DNA from: a virus
Taxonomy: Duplodnaviria; Caudoviricetes
Virus record (IMG/VR): IMGVR_UViG_3300043415_000014
Location: 1 to 28,147 of that record
DNA: 28,147 nt
Reading direction: 5' to 3' (one strand)
Part shown: in pieces, positions 1 through 6,388 of the stretch
Layout: each line of letters begins with the position of its first letter
Numbering within the stretch: the first letter of the stretch is position 1
Notes under the pieces: generated by a model
Database searches by the model: none
What the model was told of the DNA's origin: nothing
The model's input: only the letters and a program-made list of their open reading frames with translations
Made by a program: the position numbers and the translations under genes

Positions 1-29
1 CTCCTGGTGTAAAAAGCCAGGAGTTTTTT
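1..29 (+). terminator. Intrinsic terminator of sRNA cassette 1 (copy of 28010..28038)
   Basis: CTCCTGG-TGTAAAAAG-CCAGGAG stem-loop followed by T6. Confidence 0.85.
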
Positions 30-57
30 GTTTTATCAATATATTAAGTTAGATTTG
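27..57 (+). promoter_or_regulatory. Bacteroidota primary-sigma promoter driving sRNA 2
   Basis: TTTG (27-30), 19-nt spacer, TAGATTTG (50-57): full match to TTTG-N19-21-TAnnTTTG. Confidence 0.8.
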
Positions 58-60
58 TAC

Positions 61-125
61 TGATTCAAGCAATTCATAGACAAATGGTTTAACCCCTTAC
101 GTTTCTACGTCGAGGGGTTTTTTTA
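61..125 (+). ncRNA. Putative small RNA 2 (about 65 nt), antisense-to-start-codon type
   Basis: Consensus promoter directly followed by about 30 unpaired nt containing TTCATAG...TGGTTT and a terminator; no credible ORF. Confidence 0.6.
91..124 (+). terminator. Intrinsic terminator of sRNA cassette 2
   Basis: AACCCCT/AGGGGTT plus ACGT/ACGT stem, TTCT loop, T-run. Confidence 0.85.
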
Positions 126-230
126 TACAAATAAGTAGACTTTACATATATATATTATTTTAATAACTCAATGTTTACGAGGGTCCTATGGCTTTAACAT
201 AAATTTAACAAAAAATAATTGTGTAAAAGT

Positions 231-261
231 TTTGTTTATAAGTAATGTTGATATATCTTTG
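231..261 (+). promoter_or_regulatory. Early promoter (Bacteroidota consensus)
   Basis: TTTG (231-234), 19-nt spacer, TATCTTTG (254-261), ahead of the first early ORF. Confidence 0.85.
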
Positions 262-286
262 AGTTCTAAACCAAAAAACACAAACT

Positions 287-400
287 ATGAGTTGGAAAAA
301 CGACAACAAAGACTACATTAACGACAGTGTAAGTCTAACCTCTGCGGTAATTATTATTACTATTTGTTTATTAATTGGCTGCTTAGCCGATAACCTTTAA
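287..400 (+). CDS. Small membrane protein, 37 aa (not in ORF track)
   Basis: MSWKNDNKDYINDSVSLTSAVIIITICLLIGCLADNL; A-rich start context; one hydrophobic segment. Confidence 0.65.
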   Translation: MSWKNDNKDYINDSVSLTSAVIIITICLLIGCLADNL

Positions 401-413
401 AACCTAAAAAACT

Positions 414-713
414 ATGGAAAAGCTAATTTATCAAGGAAAACAATTAAAGTTACACAAAAGAGCAACTGTATTATTAGAACTATTAAAAGAGGCTCAACAT
501 CGCCAATATATGTTTGAAAAAGATTTATCGTTATGGCGCAAAGGAACATACGACGAGCCCTTTAGATTAATGTCTAAAGAAGAGGACATTTTGATTAAGG
601 TAGCAAGAATGAACGAAGTGCAAAAGAGAATACTTAAAAGCTATCACAGGTTGATTCTAGAACTATACGAAATAACCGATTCTTTTCATTTACCAATAAA
701 TATTTTCTTATGA
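414..713 (+). CDS. Hypothetical helical protein
   Basis: 99-aa ORF, AAACTATG start, ATGA overlap with next ORF. Confidence 0.75.
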   Translation: MEKLIYQGKQLKLHKRATVLLELLKEAQHRQYMFEKDLSLWRKGTYDEPFRLMSKEEDILIKVARMNEVQKRILKSYHRLILELYEITDSFHLPINIFL

Positions 714-886
714 GTTATATCGATAATAAACATTCATTAATAAGAGAAATACAAATATTAGAATTAGAAAACGAACATTTACGAAACAAAATAAAACAAC
801 TACAACATGAGTTATTGGACCGCACCAAGCAGAACGATGAACAAATTGCTTTACAACGAGCAAAAACACGCAAATCAAATAATTAA
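710..886 (+). CDS. Small coiled-coil protein, 58 aa (not in ORF track)
   Basis: MSYIDNKHSLIREIQILELENEHLRNKIKQLQHELL...; ATGA coupling to upstream stop; heptad pattern. Confidence 0.6.
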   Translation: MSYIDNKHSLIREIQILELENEHLRNKIKQLQHELLDRTKQNDEQIALQRAKTRKSNN

Positions 887-1145
887 CGACGTATGCGACT
901 TTTACGGATTAACTCCCGCTCAAATCAAAGGGAAATGCCGTGTAAGAAGTTATGTAAAAGGAAGGTTTATATCAATTTACCTATTAAGGAAGCGAACCGA
1001 CTTAACATTAAAGGAAATTGGTAGAATATTCCATCGGGATCATACGAGCATAATACACGCTTGTCAAACTATTGAAGAGGTATTAAGTTTACGATATGAT
1101 AATGACTACCAGGAAGAGATTAAAAAATTATGTCAAATTATTTGA
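807..1145 (+). CDS. Stand-alone DnaA C-terminal (domain IV) HTH DNA-binding protein
   Basis: IINDVCDFYGLT...LTLKEIGRIFHRDHTSIIHAC matches the DnaA domain IV signature (RDHTTV-like). Confidence 0.85.
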   Translation: MSYWTAPSRTMNKLLYNEQKHANQIINDVCDFYGLTPAQIKGKCRVRSYVKGRFISIYLLRKRTDLTLKEIGRIFHRDHTSIIHACQTIEEVLSLRYDNDYQEEIKKLCQII

Positions 1146-1198
1146 TTTATTCACAAAATACTTTTAATTTTAATTATTATTTAAACAAAACCAACGTT

Positions 1199-1777
1199 AT
1201 GAACGAATCACAACAAAAAAGCCTTATTAACATTTTTAAGGCATTGGCGGATTTTCAGCAAGAGTGCCCTGTTATACATAAGGGAACAAACGGTTACGGT
1301 TACACTTACGCTGACTTACCACAAATCTTAGAAGTAATTAACCCATTACTTAAAAAACATGGCTTAGGGTTTACGCAATTACTTACCGAAACAGGATTAC
1401 TAACGGTTATATTCCATGCAAAAAGCGGAGAATGTATTGAGGGAACTTGCCCTATTCCTACGACTACTTTAAAGGGTATGAATGATTACCAAAGTTTTGG
1501 TAGTGGTATTACTTATTATCGTAGATACGCTTTAAGTTCGGCATTGGGTATTGTAACCGATAAAGACACGGACGCAGCGGGAGAAAAAGAAAAGCCTCAT
1601 TTTAAGGCGCCGTTTTTACCTGCATTTGTTAAGAAACATAAAAACGTAGTGGACTTAACTTTAGCTATTGACTCATGCGAGAATTTAGCCGAATTAAGCG
1701 AACTTCATAAACTTAACAAAGAATTACTTAACCCTGCTATTACGGCATTATTTACCACAAAGAAAAACCATTTATAA
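1199..1777 (+). CDS. ERF-family single-strand annealing protein
   Basis: GYTYADL, GLGFTQ and QSFGSGITYYRRYALSSALGI..DKDTD motifs; start moved to ATG 1199. Confidence 0.88.
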   Translation: MNESQQKSLINIFKALADFQQECPVIHKGTNGYGYTYADLPQILEVINPLLKKHGLGFTQLLTETGLLTVIFHAKSGECIEGTCPIPTTTLKGMNDYQSFGSGITYYRRYALSSALGIVTDKDTDAAGEKEKPHFKAPFLPAFVKKHKNVVDLTLAIDSCENLAELSELHKLNKELLNPAITALFTTKKNHL

Positions 1778-2007
1778 TGACATTAGAAAAATTAATTGAT
1801 AAGTGCGATATGTACCGCTCACTTTATCAAAGCGCCCACCCTTTTCGTAAGCAAGAATATTACGACCAATGGCAATATTACAAAGGCTTATTAACCGAAC
1901 ACGCTAAAAATAACGGCTATAAAGTAAAATTATATTTTAAACCGCCTACAATTAAATCAATCCCAATGCATGATTGGAACGAGCGATTTGAGGAGTATGG
2001 CAGCTAA
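1777..2007 (+). CDS. Hypothetical protein
   Basis: 76-aa ORF coupled by TAATG to ERF stop. Confidence 0.7.
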   Translation: MTLEKLIDKCDMYRSLYQSAHPFRKQEYYDQWQYYKGLLTEHAKNNGYKVKLYFKPPTIKSIPMHDWNERFEEYGS

Positions 2008-2188
2008 AACTAAAACCATGTATATAAATACTTGCTGCGGATGCGAAACAAATGATCCTACCGACTTATGCCCTGAATGTAAAGAGCATTGCGATTGGGA
2101 GGACTTAGACCTGGACGAATTAGAACAAGACAAACAAACTGAAAACAATATTGAACAATTTAAAATTAACAAACATGATAGTAATTAA
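1997..2188 (+). CDS. Small Cys-rich putative zinc-binding protein
   Basis: TCCGCE...LCPECKEHC, acidic tail. Confidence 0.65.
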   Translation: MAAKTKTMYINTCCGCETNDPTDLCPECKEHCDWEDLDLDELEQDKQTENNIEQFKINKHDSN

Positions 2189-2453
2189 CGTAGAAAAAGA
2201 AAAAATTCAATGGCAACCCGTACAAACTAAAACAGGAGTTCGCCATTTTGCAAACATCGTAGTCGATAACCTAAAAGAAACCGACGAGAAAGGAAATACA
2301 CATTCCGTTTATAACAATCAAAGCAAAGAGGATAGGGCCGAGAAAAAAAAGAAAGAATATTGCGGACGAGGTAAAGAGTACAAGTTTGAGAAAAAAGAAT
2401 ATTTTAAGCCCGTAAACCAACAAGAAAGCGAAGATTTTGACCTTCCTTTTTAG
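2175..2453 (+). CDS. Putative single-stranded DNA-binding protein (Bacteroidota phage type)
   Basis: Beta-rich small protein with acidic SSB-like C-terminus EDFDLPF, near ERF. Confidence 0.6.
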   Translation: MIVINVEKEKIQWQPVQTKTGVRHFANIVVDNLKETDEKGNTHSVYNNQSKEDRAEKKKKEYCGRGKEYKFEKKEYFKPVNQQESEDFDLPF

Positions 2454-2472
2454 TAAATTAAAAACACCAACT

Positions 2473-2667
2473 ATGAAAACACAAAAACAACAAATCCAGG
2501 ATCATTTAAGCAAAGGCAAATCAATTACTCCAATACAAGCATTAAATAAATTTGGGTGCTTTAGGTTAGCTGCAAGGATAGCTGATTTAAGAAACGAAGG
2601 GGTAAATATTGCTACTAAGAATGTAACTAAGGCGGGTAAAACTTACGCAAGTTATAGCTTATGTTAA
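2473..2667 (+). CDS. Winged helix-turn-helix protein (HTH_39-like)
   Basis: IQDHLSKGKSITPIQALNKFGCFRLAARIADLRNEG. Confidence 0.8.
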   Translation: MKTQKQQIQDHLSKGKSITPIQALNKFGCFRLAARIADLRNEGVNIATKNVTKAGKTYASYSLC

Positions 2668-3533
2668 CTCATGCTTCATTATTTAGTGGAATAGGTGGCT
2701 TTGACTTAGCAGCCGAGTGGGCAGGTTGGGAAAATATTTTCCATTGCGAATGGAACCCTTTCGGACAAAAAGTTTTAGCCCACCATTTTCCTAACTCAAA
2801 ACCTTATCATGACATTACTAAAACAAATTTCTCTATTCACAACGGAAAAGTTGACGTCCTTACAGGAGGATTCCCTTGTCAACCCTACTCAATGGCAGGA
2901 AAGCGACTCGGAAAAGAAGATGAACGCCATTTGTGGCCCGAAATGCTTAGAACAATTAGAGAAGTCCAACCACGTTGGGTCGTGGGCGAAAACGTTCTCG
3001 GGATTGTTAGTTGGTCGGGGGGATTGGTTTTCGAAGAGGTGCAATCTAATTTGGAAGCTGAAGGTTACGAAGTACAAACGTTTATACTTCCAGCTGCAAG
3101 CGTCAACGCTCCGCACCAAAGACAAAGAACCTGGATTGTTGCTTACTCCGTCAACAAAGGAAGACGTAGTGAATTTGGAAACATTTCAAAAGAGAATGAA
3201 GAAGTATGCAAACGGAACGAAAATGCCGAATCTAGCGACTCAAGTAATAGGAATGTTACCGACTCCAACAACGAGGGACGCGAACGGGATAGAGAACAGT
3301 CCATCGCAAAAGGGGAAATCACGTTTAGCAGCGGATTTGGGGGATGGGACAACTTCCCAACTCAACCCTCACTTTGTCGAAGAGATGATGGGATTTCCAA
3401 ACGGTTGGACGGCATTACCTTTCCTAAATGGCGAAACGAGTCAATCAAAGCCTACGGAAACGCAATAGTTCCTCAAGTAGCTTATGAAATATTTAAGGCT
3501 ATAAATAAGTTTGAGTTATTGGTTAATAAATAG
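2661..3533 (+). CDS. DNA (cytosine-5) methyltransferase, main (alpha) polypeptide
   Basis: Motif I FSGIGG, IV GGFPCQ, VI ENV, VIII HQRQR, X GNAIVP; motif IX is missing from this frame. Confidence 0.95.
   Translation: MLTHASLFSGIGGFDLAAEWAGWENIFHCEWNPFGQKVLAHHFPNSKPYHDITKTNFSIHNGKVDVLTGGFPCQPYSMAGKRLGKEDERHLWPEMLRTIREVQPRWVVGENVLGIVSWSGGLVFEEVQSNLEAEGYEVQTFILPAASVNAPHQRQRTWIVAYSVNKGRRSEFGNISKENEEVCKRNENAESSDSSNRNVTDSNNEGRERDREQSIAKGEITFSSGFGGWDNFPTQPSLCRRDDGISKRLDGITFPKWRNESIKAYGNAIVPQVAYEIFKAINKFELLVNK
2809..3468 (+). CDS. Nested alternative-frame methyltransferase beta subunit (motif IX plus probable TRD)
   Basis: 219-codon open frame wholly inside the MTase; QLNPHFVEEMMGFPNGWT resembles motif IX; LLLTP/MLPTP repeats; true start uncertain. 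Confidence 0.75.
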   Translation: MTLLKQISLFTTEKLTSLQEDSLVNPTQWQESDSEKKMNAICGPKCLEQLEKSNHVGSWAKTFSGLLVGRGDWFSKRCNLIWKLKVTKYKRLYFQLQASTLRTKDKEPGLLLTPSTKEDVVNLETFQKRMKKYANGTKMPNLATQVIGMLPTPTTRDANGIENSPSQKGKSRLAADLGDGTTSQLNPHFVEEMMGFPNGWTALPFLNGETSQSKPTETQ

Positions 3534-3541
3534 TATATTTG
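3510..3541 (+). promoter_or_regulatory. Promoter of replication module
   Basis: TTTG (3510-3513), 20-nt spacer, TATATTTG (3534-3541). Confidence 0.85.
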
Positions 3542-3543
3542 TC

Positions 3544-3635
3544 TTGATATATGCGACATATCAATAGAAAATTTTTAGGGAGGAGGATTGACAGGTAGTC
3601 GCATTACCTGCTGGTCCAAATCCCTTTTTTATTTT
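3544..3635 (+). ncRNA. Structured cis-regulatory 5' leader with kissing-loop pseudoknot
   Basis: Hairpins TTGATAT-[ATGCGAC]-ATATCAA and CAGGTA-[GTCGCAT]-TACCTG have exactly complementary loops; second stem extends to AGGGA/TCCCT plus T-run. Confidence 0.7.
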
Positions 3636-4424
3636 ATGAAAAAAGATGCGTTTTATTTTCCTCATTTTGCCAATGCAAGGCACGATAGGAAACTCAAAAG
3701 AGTACAAAAAGAATTAGGCCTTGAAGGTTATGCTATTTATTTTCAGTTATTGGAAATTCTTAGGGAACAATTAGATTATAAATACCCTGTAAGTGATGTT
3801 GACTTATTAGCTGACGAAATGGGAACAAGCGAACCAAAAGTTAAAGCAGTAATTGGTAATTATGATTTATTTACTTTAGATGAGGAAAATAACTTCTTTA
3901 GTATCAAACAGTTATATTATTTACAACCTTATATAGAAAAGACTCAACGAGCAAGAATAGCAGCTAAAAAAAGGTGGGATAATGTTAACGACGATGCAAA
4001 TGCAATGCAAATGCATAGCAAATGCAATGCCGATGCAATGCAAGGAAAGGAAAGTAAAGTAAAAGAAAGTAAATTAAAGGAAAGTAAACTAAAAGAAAAT
4101 AAAGAAGTTATTTTTCCGTTTGTAAGTGATGAATTTAAAAAATATTGGGAACATTGGTTGGAATATAAGAAAGAACAATTTAATTTTACTTATAAGTCTG
4201 CTATAACTTTACAGGCTACTTTAAACCAATTATCTAAACTATCCGACGGGAAAGAAAATATTGCAATAGAAATAATAAAGCAATCAATTTTTAACGGTTG
4301 GAAAGGATTTTTTCAATTAAAAAATGAATCAAATGGAATTAACAACAACAACCCAAAACTCGCTCCAAAAGTTACCATCGAGCAGTTACACGAAGCCTTT
4401 GCTAAACGCAATCGTGAGTGGTAG
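3636..4424 (+). CDS. Replication initiator (Lin1244/DUF4373-like N-terminal domain, lambda O-like layout)
   Basis: FYFPHFANARHDRKL...GLEGYAIYFQLLEIL N-terminus, low-complexity repeat linker, C-terminal QSIFNGWKGFF; ATG 3636 preferred over TTG 3588. Confidence 0.8.
   Translation: MKKDAFYFPHFANARHDRKLKRVQKELGLEGYAIYFQLLEILREQLDYKYPVSDVDLLADEMGTSEPKVKAVIGNYDLFTLDEENNFFSIKQLYYLQPYIEKTQRARIAAKKRWDNVNDDANAMQMHSKCNADAMQGKESKVKESKLKESKLKENKEVIFPFVSDEFKKYWEHWLEYKKEQFNFTYKSAITLQATLNQLSKLSDGKENIAIEIIKQSIFNGWKGFFQLKNESNGINNNNPKLAPKVTIEQLHEAFAKRNREW
3996..4103. repeat. Putative replication origin: four 11-bp iterons plus A-rich 15-bp repeats
   Basis: GCAAATGCAAT/GCAAATGCATA/GCAAATGCAAT/GCCGATGCAAT (3996-4039), then GAAAGTAAA-led 15-mers (4050-4103). 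Confidence 0.75.
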
Positions 4425-4938
4425 CACGGGAGCGGTACATAATGAAATGTGTCGATACAAAGAGAAAGGAGAGCCGTTACACATGAAAGTTATTGAATTA
4501 ATACCCGTTAGCGAAAGAATACCCGCATTAAATAAAATGTACGGGAATGAGAAAATAGCTGCGTTATTAAGTATTCAAATAACAAGGACCTTAAACAACT
4601 TTAATTTAAGGGTTGGAATGAATCCTCAACAAATAATGGAATTGGCTTATGCTATAATTGACGACGCGGAGCAGGATCAATTAGCTATACAGGATATTCT
4701 TTTATTCTTGGACGGTATGACAAAATTTAAATATGGTAAAGTTTACGACCGTATGGATATGCCTACATTCTTTGAAATGTTAGAAAAATACAGGGAAGAA
4801 AGGCACCAGGCTTACATGAACGGTAAAGAAGAGGCACACGCTCAATTTAAAGCGATGGGCGATAGTAACCGAACAAGCCAAGACGTAGACAAAGAAAATA
4901 ATCGTAACGCAATGATTAACTATCTAAAAACAAAATAA
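4324..4938 (+). CDS. Replication-associated protein, possible helicase loader (DUF6633-like)
   Basis: Overlaps initiator end; KYGKVYDRMD motif typical of genes that follow Bacteroidota phage initiators. Confidence 0.6.
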   Translation: MNQMELTTTTQNSLQKLPSSSYTKPLLNAIVSGSTGAVHNEMCRYKEKGEPLHMKVIELIPVSERIPALNKMYGNEKIAALLSIQITRTLNNFNLRVGMNPQQIMELAYAIIDDAEQDQLAIQDILLFLDGMTKFKYGKVYDRMDMPTFFEMLEKYREERHQAYMNGKEEAHAQFKAMGDSNRTSQDVDKENNRNAMINYLKTK

Positions 4939-4943
4939 AATAT

Positions 4944-5013
4944 TACCCTCGCCTCAATTATTAATTATTAAAAACAGGGGTGTTTTCGATATAATCGGCG
5001 GGGGTATTTTTTT
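4944..5013 (+). terminator. Multi-stem structured element/terminator
   Basis: TACCCTCGCC/GGCGGGGGTA 10-bp outer stem, inner AAAACA-GGGG-TGTTTT hairpin, T7 tail. Confidence 0.6.
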
Positions 5014-5018
5014 AATCT

Positions 5019-5255
5019 ATGAGCGAAAAATTATACCAACATATTTGTAAGAAATATCCCGAAATAGAATACAACGGGGAGGATTTGAACTTAAATAACA
5101 TTTACTCAAACCTATTAGCCAAAGTTTGGAACGATAAAGTAAACTATCCTACAATTTTAGACATTTGTAAGAAGATTAATCTAAGCGAAAGGCACGTTTA
5201 TCGATTGGCGCAAAAAAATGGCTTAGGAATGAGAACATACAAACCAAGAACATGA
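5019..5255 (+). CDS. HTH-containing protein
   Basis: PTILDICKKINLSERHVYRLAQKNGL. Confidence 0.65.
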   Translation: MSEKLYQHICKKYPEIEYNGEDLNLNNIYSNLLAKVWNDKVNYPTILDICKKINLSERHVYRLAQKNGLGMRTYKPRT

Positions 5256-5353
5256 AATTATTACAATTTGCAAAATTCTTTTTTATTAGCGTTCCTTTAG
5301 CGTGTTTTTTATACACTTTAGGAGAAACAATACAACTTATTAAAAAAATATGA
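5252..5353 (+). CDS. Small membrane peptide, 33 aa (not in ORF track)
   Basis: MKLLQFAKFFFISVPLACFLYTLGETIQLIKKI; ATGA overlaps at both ends. Confidence 0.65.
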   Translation: MKLLQFAKFFFISVPLACFLYTLGETIQLIKKI

Positions 5354-5559
5354 GCAACGAAGTAAAAGGCTTAGAGAATAGCCGACCTATAAAAATGATT
5401 GATATAGAGACAAAGGAAGCTACAGAGTTTAAATCGATAGCTTATGCGGTCCGAGTAACGGGAGTTAATGAATATGCCTTAAGAAACGGTTTAAACCCAC
5501 TACAAAAGAAAAGATTTGAGGTAAATGGTAAAATCGTATGTTTTCGAGTCGTTAAATAA
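5350..5559 (+). CDS. NUMOD1-like small DNA-binding protein
   Basis: RPIKMIDIET...EFKSIAYAVRVTGV. Confidence 0.6.
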   Translation: MSNEVKGLENSRPIKMIDIETKEATEFKSIAYAVRVTGVNEYALRNGLNPLQKKRFEVNGKIVCFRVVK

Positions 5560-5561
5560 CC

Positions 5562-5569
5562 TAATTTTG
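5562..5569 (+). promoter_or_regulatory. -7 promoter element before ninG-like gene
   Basis: Intergenic TAATTTTG, 4 nt before ATG. Confidence 0.55.
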
Positions 5570-5573
5570 TAAT

Positions 5574-5945
5574 ATGCCACTAATAACTATTCCTAAATTA
5601 ACCGCTAAGGCGCAGAAGATATTTAACGCTTATATTAGGCAAAGGGATAGTCAAGATGGGTATTTTACTTGTATTAGTTGCGGACAAACGAAAGATGTTA
5701 GTCAAATGGACGCAGGGCATTACGTTCCTGTAAAGGGAAGTTCATCTTTACGCTTTGATGAATATAACGTAAACGGGGAGTGCAAAGGTTGTAATGGGTT
5801 TGACCAATTCCATTTAATAGGCTACCGAAGGAATTTAATTGATAAGGTTGGGGAACGTAAGGTAATGGAGTTAGAAATGCAACATAGGTTAATAAAGAAA
5901 TGGTCCAGGACTGAATTAAACGAAATAATTGAGCGATACAAATAA
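5574..5945 (+). CDS. ninG: NinG/Rap-family HNH-fold junction endonuclease
   Basis: AQKIFNAYIRQRD, CISCG, DAGHY, LRFDEYNVNGECKGCN. Confidence 0.9.
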   Translation: MPLITIPKLTAKAQKIFNAYIRQRDSQDGYFTCISCGQTKDVSQMDAGHYVPVKGSSSLRFDEYNVNGECKGCNGFDQFHLIGYRRNLIDKVGERKVMELEMQHRLIKKWSRTELNEIIERYK

Positions 5946-6162
5946 CATATACAAAACAATAAAGGAAGTTAAGGTAATAAACGGCCTTTTTGGTTATTCT
6001 TTTGTAATTGAAGAAATAAATCACTTTGTATATGGAAAAACTAAAGAAGAAGCCTTTAACTTTGTAGCTGATTATATAAACGAATATTATGGCAAAATTA
6101 ACAACGGGCAAAACGACGTTCGGAAAAAGAAAGTGCGGGAAAGCAAAAAAGACCTACAATAA
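5929..6162 (+). CDS. Hypothetical protein
   Basis: 77-aa ORF; start uncertain. Confidence 0.5.
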   Translation: MSDTNNIYKTIKEVKVINGLFGYSFVIEEINHFVYGKTKEEAFNFVADYINEYYGKINNGQNDVRKKKVRESKKDLQ

Positions 6163-6205
6163 ACATACTCCAAAACCAAAACCGTACATCGGACAAGGCA
6201 GATAA
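6089..6205 (+). CDS. Small basic protein, 38 aa, ending YIGQGR (not in ORF track)
   Basis: MAKLTTGKTTFGKRKCGKAKKTYNKHTPKPKPYIGQGR; TAATG coupling to next gene. Confidence 0.65.
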   Translation: MAKLTTGKTTFGKRKCGKAKKTYNKHTPKPKPYIGQGR

Positions 6206-6387
6206 TGAAAGACACTTACGGCAAACGATTATATAAATGCAAATGCGGGGTAATTGAGCAATACCTTTGGCAATCCGAGTTAAAGGATCATAAATTTAAA
6301 TGCTGCAAAACATTAGGTTATAATGATTTACTAAAAGCGGAAAAAGTACAATTACATTCTATTAGAACCGAAACTAAAAACCGATAA
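6205..6387 (+). CDS. Small Cys-containing hypothetical protein
   Basis: YKCKCG...FKCCK. Confidence 0.6.
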   Translation: MKDTYGKRLYKCKCGVIEQYLWQSELKDHKFKCCKTLGYNDLLKAEKVQLHSIRTETKNR

Positions 6388-6388
6388 T

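Larger units (their letters stand above)
1..126. repeat. Terminal direct repeat, left copy (identical to 28010..28135)
   Basis: Base-by-base identity CTCCTGGTGT...GGGGTTTTTTTAT; indicates circular/terminally redundant assembly, unit length about 28,009 bp. Confidence 0.97.

Noticed and set aside
99-110. TTTCTAC resembles part of the Cas12a repeat
   Set aside because: Single occurrence in a terminator loop; no repeat-spacer array and no cas genes.
127-192. Possible third sRNA cassette
   Set aside because: No consensus -7 box, CATAG core or terminator hairpin.
3588-3635. TTG start extending the replication initiator
   Set aside because: Falls within the structured leader; the domain begins at ATG 3636.
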